Part shown: in pieces, positions 23,275 through 27,814 of the stretch
Numbering within the stretch: position 1 is the first letter of the stretch
Layout of the letters: each line of letters opens with the position of its first letter
DNA from: Chiloscyllium plagiosum
Taxonomy: Eukaryota
NCBI RefSeq assembly: GCF_004010195.1
Contig: NC_057718.1
Span: forward strand, 62,415,619-62,443,432
Direction: 5' to 3'
DNA: 27,814 bases
Made by a program: the position numbers and the translations under genes
The notes under the pieces: generated by a model
Told to the model about the DNA's origin: nothing
Databases searched by the model: none
Seen by the model: only the letters and a program-made list of their open reading frames with translations

Positions 23275-23678
23275 TGCCTTAGTGATTCAATGGTAACATT
23301 CTCATATCTGAGTTAGAGGGCTGTGGGTTCAAATCATGTTCCAGAAACTTGGCTATGAATTCCAGACATGCACTTCAATGATGCTGCAATATCAGAGATG
23401 TCATCTTGATGAGATGAGATGTTAAACCAAAGGAACATTTGTCACCTCAAGTGAACATTAAAGATTACATGGCACTACTCTGAAGTGTCCTGACCAATAT
23501 GGGTCTCTCAATCTATGTCACAAAAAAAACATTGTCAGGTAATTATCCCACCCATATTTGTTGTAGCAAATCGACTATCAAGTTTCCTACACTGTAGCAG
23601 CAATGACACTTTAAAAGTATTTAATTTGCTGAAAGAAATCTTAAAAGGCACTATACAACATGGCAGCCTTTCTTTTTT
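23275..23678 (+). mobile_element. Old tRNA-headed Deu-domain SINE (SacSINE1-like)
   Basis: B-box GGGTTCAAATC, gagatgttaaacc..atggcacta..gtgtcctgaccaat core, L2-like tail aaaggcactatacaa. Confidence 0.65.
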
Positions 23679-23689
23679 AACTGTGCATC

Positions 23690-23900
23690 TCTAATAAAAA
23701 TAATTTGAGAGTTCATAGCAACTTTGATAACTTTGGAAAGCACAGGTATAATAACAATATTGTAGCAGTTGAAACAGTAAGAAACAACACTGTTCTTGGA
23801 GATGGGTGAAAGGACCAAATTTTCAAAGGATGATATGCTGCAAGATACTGATGAAGCAACAATAACAGGAGTGAACTTGTAGGGCAAGCATCCGAAGGTC
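23690..23900 (-). mobile_element. Highly degraded LINE RT fragment
   Basis: SPISKN...NCYNIVIIPVLSKVIK resembles the PxxK..NYRPISLL..LSKV motif. Confidence 0.4.
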
Positions 23901-23921
23901 AATAGAAGGCAGTATTGTTAA

Positions 23922-24142
23922 CAAGAATCGAGAGTATGATGCTGGAAAAGCAAAGCTGGTCAGGCAGCATCTGACGAATAGTAGACTCGACGTTTCGAGC
24001 ATAAGCTCTTCATCAGGAATCCTGAAGAGCTTATGCTCAAAATGTCAATTCTCCTGGTCCTCGGTGCTGCCTGACCAGCTTTGCTTTTCCAGCACCAAAC
24101 TCTCAACTCTGATCTCCAGCATCTGCAGTCCTCACTTTCTCC
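23922..24142. mobile_element. Fold-back mini-element made only of two head-to-head PLE terminal repeats
   Basis: Arms ~23930-24018 and ~24020-24104; exact 12-bp TSD CAGTATTGTTAA (23910-23921, 24143-24154); same family as the 6120-6250 tail. Confidence 0.88.
23985..24020 (-). ncRNA. Minimal type I hammerhead ribozyme motif, intact core, host sense strand
   Basis: AUUC CUGAUGA A GAGC-UUAU-GCUC GAAA CG UC GAGU; helix I AUUC/GAGU (one G-U); predicted cut between 23989 and 23988. Confidence 0.78.
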
Positions 24143-24186
24143 CAGTATTGTTAATAAATCAGGGTATGAAGAAAATTTCATCTTAC

Positions 24187-24459
24187 TTTGTTTGAGGCAT
24201 CCTTGGCAGAAATGTCATGTTTTTCTCTTTCAAAGTTTTTTTTTGATAGCGTCAACTTCTGTATTTTAACAGTATCAAAATGTATGGCTGGTTGTTTTGC
24301 TTCTGGAATGGACATGGCTACACCAGTTATACCAGTAAAATCTGGAGGGTCATTGATAGGTATGTCAGGACTGGAGATTGGACTGTTGTGTTTCAGGTTA
24401 TGATATGGTTGTATTGCTCCTACTTTCATCCTGAGCGTTTTAGGTTTGCTGTTAGACAT
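24187..24459 (-). CDS. Probable first coding segment MSNSKPKTLRMKVGAIQPY...DISAKDASNK (exon probably starts at 24520)
   Basis: 91 open codons in non-repeat DNA; donor AAA|gtaaga phase 0 matches the next exon; acceptor cttgattctcttgaaaactag at 24521; in-frame stops upstream of ATG. Confidence 0.7.
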
Positions 24460-24604
24460 TGAGTCATGAAGAGTTCAGATGACTGAATAAGCAATGTTCT
24501 TTTGTGAAAATTACTTCTTCCTAGTTTTCAAGAGAATCAAGACAATGGTCAGTAAAAAGTACCATCAGTAAACATTTCATGATTAACTAGTCATTAAACT
24601 TTAC

Positions 24605-24631
24605 CTTGTTTTCCACCAATGTACATATTGA
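24605..24631 (-). other. Putative 27-nt micro-exon (5' leader)
   Basis: Acceptor tgtgttttctcatgaaagcag, donor AAG|gtaaag, 84-nt intron to 24520. Confidence 0.45.
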
Positions 24632-24920
24632 CTGCTTTCATGAGAAAACACACAAATATTTAATTTGTAAATTGATTGTCTGGGGTGATCAGTGCTTCAG
24701 TACTTACATTATATACTTTCAACCATAGGGCTAAGTTTTACCAATTTTTAGTTCAGATGAAGCACCTCATCATGTAAACACCATGTGAAATTTAAAATTA
24801 ATAGGATATAGCCTGTTCTACAAAGCTATAAAACCACTGCTGTCCACTGAGCACATTGTTGTCCACCCACTTAAACAAGTTGGTATCCAAGCCAATGTCA
24901 GGTTTCCACATCATCATTTG

Positions 24921-27180
24921 GTCATAGAGTTGTAGAGATGTACAGCACGGAAACAGACCCTTCGGTCCAACCCGTCCATGCCAACCAGATATCCCAACCC
25001 AATCTAGTCCCACCTGCCAGCACCCGGCCCATATCGCTCCAAATCCTTCATAATCATATACCCATCCAGATGCCTTTTAAATGCTGCAGTTGTACCAGCC
25101 TCCACCATTTCCTCTGGCAGCTCATTCCATACATGTACCACTCTCTGTGTGAAAAGGTTGCCCCTTAGGTCTCTTTTATATCTTTCTCCTCTTACCCTAA
25201 ACATATGCCTTCTAGTTCTGGACTCCCCAACCCCAGAGAAAAGACTTTGCCTATTTACCCTATCCATGCCTCTCATAATTTTGTAAACCTCTATAAGGTC
25301 ACCCGTCAGCTTCTGACGCTCCAGGGAAAACAGCCCCAGCCTGTTCAGCCTCTCCCTGTAGCTCAAATCCTCCAACCCTGGCAGCATCATTGTAAATCTT
25401 TTCTGAACCCTTTCAAGTTCCCTCACAACATCTTTCCAGTAGGAAGGAGACCAGAATTGCATGCAATATTCCAACAGTGGCCTAACCAATGTCCTGTACA
25501 GCTGCAACATGACCTCCCAACTCCTGTACTCAACACTCTGACAATAAAGGAAAGCACACCAAATGCCTTCTTCACTATTCTATCTACCTGCGATTCCACT
25601 CTCAAGGAGCTACGAACCTGCACTCCAAGGTCTCTTTGTTCAGCAACACTCTCTAGGACCTTACCATTAAGTGTAGAAGTCCTGCTAAGAATTGCTTTCC
25701 CAAAATGCAGCTCATTGGCCTATCTGATCAAGATCCTGTTGTAATCCAAGGTAACCTTCTTCACTGTCCACTACACCTCCAATTTTGGTGTCATCTGCAA
25801 ACTTACTAACTGTACCTCTTATGCTCACATCCAAATCATTTATGTAAATGACAAAAAGTAGAGGACCCAGCACCGATCCTTGTGGCACTCCACTGGTCAC
25901 AGGCCTTCAGTCTGAGAAACAACCCTCCACCACCACCCTTCTATCTTTGAGCCAGTTCTGTACCAAATGGCTAGTTCTCCCTTTATTCTGTGAGACCTAA
26001 CCTTGCTAACCAGTCTCCCATGGGGAACCTTGTCGAACACCTTACTGAAGTCCATATAGATCACATCTACTGCTCTGCCCTCATTAATCCTCTTTGTTAC
26101 TTCTTCAAAAAACTCAATCAAGTTTGTGAGACATGATTTCCCATGCACAAAGCCATGTTGACTATCCCTAATCAGTCCTTGCCTTTCCAAATACATGTAC
26201 ATCCTGTCCCTCAGGATTCCCTCCAACAACTTGCCCACCACCGATGTCAGGCTCACCAGCCTATAGTTCCCTGGCTTGTCCTTACTACCCTTCTTAAAGA
26301 GTGGCACCACATTAGCCAATCTTCAGTCTTCCGGCACCTCATCTGAGACTATCGATGATACAAATATCTCAGCAAGAGGCCCAGCAATCACTCCTTTAGC
26401 TTCCCACAGAGTTCTAGGGTACACCTGATCAGGTCCTGGGGATTTATCCACCTTTATGCATTTCAAGATATCCAGCACTTACTCCTCTGTAATAAGGACA
26501 TTTTGCAAGGTGACACCATCTATTTCGCTACTTTCCATATCTTCCATATCCTTTTCCACAGTAAATACAAGGTGGCTCAGTGGTTAGCACTGCTGCCTCA
26601 CAGCACCAGGGTCCCAGGTCCAATTCCAGCCTCAGGTGACTGTCTGTGTGGAGTTTGCACATTCTCCCCGTGTCTGCGTGGGTTTCCTCCGGGTGCTCTG
26701 GCTTCCTCCCACAGTCCAAAGATGTGCAAGTCAGGCGAATTGGCCATGTTAAGTTGCCCATAGTGTTAGGTGCATTAGTCAGAGGTGAAATGGTTCTGGG
26801 TGGGTTACTCTTCGGAGGGTCGGTGTGGACTGGTTGGGCCAAAGGGCCTGTAGGGAATCTAATCTAATCTAATCTAATCTAATCTAATCAAATACTCATG
26901 TAGTATCTCTCCCATTTTCTGCGGCTCCACACAAAGGCCGCCTTGCTGATCTTTGAGGAGCCCTATTCTCTCCATAGTTATCCTTTTATTCTTAATGTAT
27001 TTGTAAAAACCCTTTGGATTCTCCTGAACTCTATTTGCCAAAGCTGTCGCATGTCCCCTTTTTGCCCTCCTGATTTCCCTCTTAAGTATACTCCTACTGC
27101 CTTTATACTCTTCTAAGGATTCACTCGATCTATCCTGTCTATACCTGACATATGCTTCCTTCTTTTTCTTAACCAAACCC
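24921..27180 (-). mobile_element. Young 5'-truncated CR1 (HER1-like) LINE ORF2, frameshifted, with internal deletion near 25712
   Basis: [52 protein letters not shown] in the ORF track. Confidence 0.96.
26569..26889 (+). mobile_element. HE1-type V-SINE nested in CR1
   Basis: GGTGGCTCAGTGG A-box, V-domain, (aatct)n tail. Confidence 0.92.
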
Positions 27181-27222
27181 TTAATTAAAGACAGTAAGTA
27201 CCAAAAACTTTCATGTACTTAC

Positions 27223-27340
27223 CCCCACACTCTGGGTTCCTCAACTGTTCCAGAATCTTCCATCGGCCTCCGAAATCGTTCCGGCGCCATTAATCACGCG
27301 TCTGCTACATCGCCCGCAGCAACAACCGCCGCCGCGGACC
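27223..27340 (-). other. Probable first exon of the minus-strand gene (start unknown)
   Basis: Consensus donor GGG|GTAAGT at 27222 on the edge of the CpG island; ATGs at 27290 and 27263. Confidence 0.6.
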
Positions 27341-27814
27341 AAGACGTCACTTCCGCCCCACCGACCTCGCAGCCTCCGCGATCGCCGCCCAGACAACCGC
27401 CTCCACGATCGCCAGGAAGACCATCGCCGACACATTCGCGGGCTGCGGCTATCGGGAATAACACTGTCTTGGTCGTCGCCACAGCCACTTCCGCCCCCTG
27501 GGTTGCCGCCGCCGCAGCCACTTCTGCCCCCCAGTGACATCACTAACCTGCATGACCACAACGCCGCATGTGTCTCCGCCCCCACGCTGATCTCCGTCAC
27601 CACGCTTAACTCCACCCCCACGCCGATCTCTGTCACCACGTCTAACCCCGCCCCCCCATGTCGATGTCCGTCACGTCTAACCCCGCCTCCATGCCGATCT
27701 CAGTCACCACGCCCAACTCCGCCCCTACGCCGATCTCCGTCCCCGCCCCCACACCCAACTCCGCCCCCACTCCCAGCTCCAGCCCTACACCAGGTCCTAG
27801 CTCCCAGCCCTGCC
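27260..27814. promoter_or_regulatory. CpG-island promoter
   Basis: Abrupt GC/CpG enrichment; ETS-CRE-GC composite GACGTCACTTCCGCCCC (27343-27359), further CACTTC(C/T)GCCCC at ~27487 and ~27519, YY1-like CGCCATT (27285-27291). Confidence 0.75.
27574..27770. repeat. GC-rich minisatellite, ~36-bp unit (two 18-bp halves), about 5 copies
   Basis: ctccgcccccacgctgatctccgtcaccacgcttaa (27574-27609), ctccacccccacgccgatctctgtcaccacgtctaa (27610-27645) and so on. Confidence 0.8.

Noticed and set aside
1342..24459. Assigning a gene symbol such as SYCP1, CAGE1 or a CCDC
   Set aside because: Only compositional similarity; no motif that I actually recognise.
24921..27180. Active reverse transcriptase gene
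   Set aside because: 5'-truncated, frameshifted, internally deleted and SINE-interrupted.
27191..27200. Plus-strand donor-like ACA|GTAAGT
   Set aside because: Directly preceded by antisense CR1 sequence, with no supportable plus-strand exon.
27241..27639. Two Gly/Ala/Val-rich minus-strand ORFs (132 and 75 aa)
   Set aside because: Expected in GC-rich repeated DNA; both stop before the splice donor at 27222.

Overview
Repeat-rich eukaryotic DNA, almost certainly from a cartilaginous fish (shark): HE1-type V-SINEs, abundant CR1 LINEs, a Deu-domain SINE and Penelope-like elements (PLEs). The window holds the 5' part of one minus-strand gene that I cannot name. It has a CpG-island promoter/first exon at ~27.2-27.8 kb, a probable 27-nt micro-exon, and five phase-compatible coding exons (24459-24187, 20507-20376, 5136-4978, 4887-4772, 1447-1342). 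These encode a coiled-coil protein that continues beyond position 1. The introns are layered transposon fossils with one assembly gap (5730-6100). Highlights: (i) at least six PLE insertions carrying hammerhead-ribozyme motifs, several as fold-back elements inverted at the ribozyme, one with an intact core on the host pre-mRNA strand; (ii) two Tx1-like LINE copies inserted at the same site on the TATA box of a solo LTR; (iii) a tRNA-headed, apparently ORF1-less CR1/Zenon-like LINE 5' end; (iv) a stop-free, in-frame 90-nt intron. Family names come from my recall of motifs, not from database searches.
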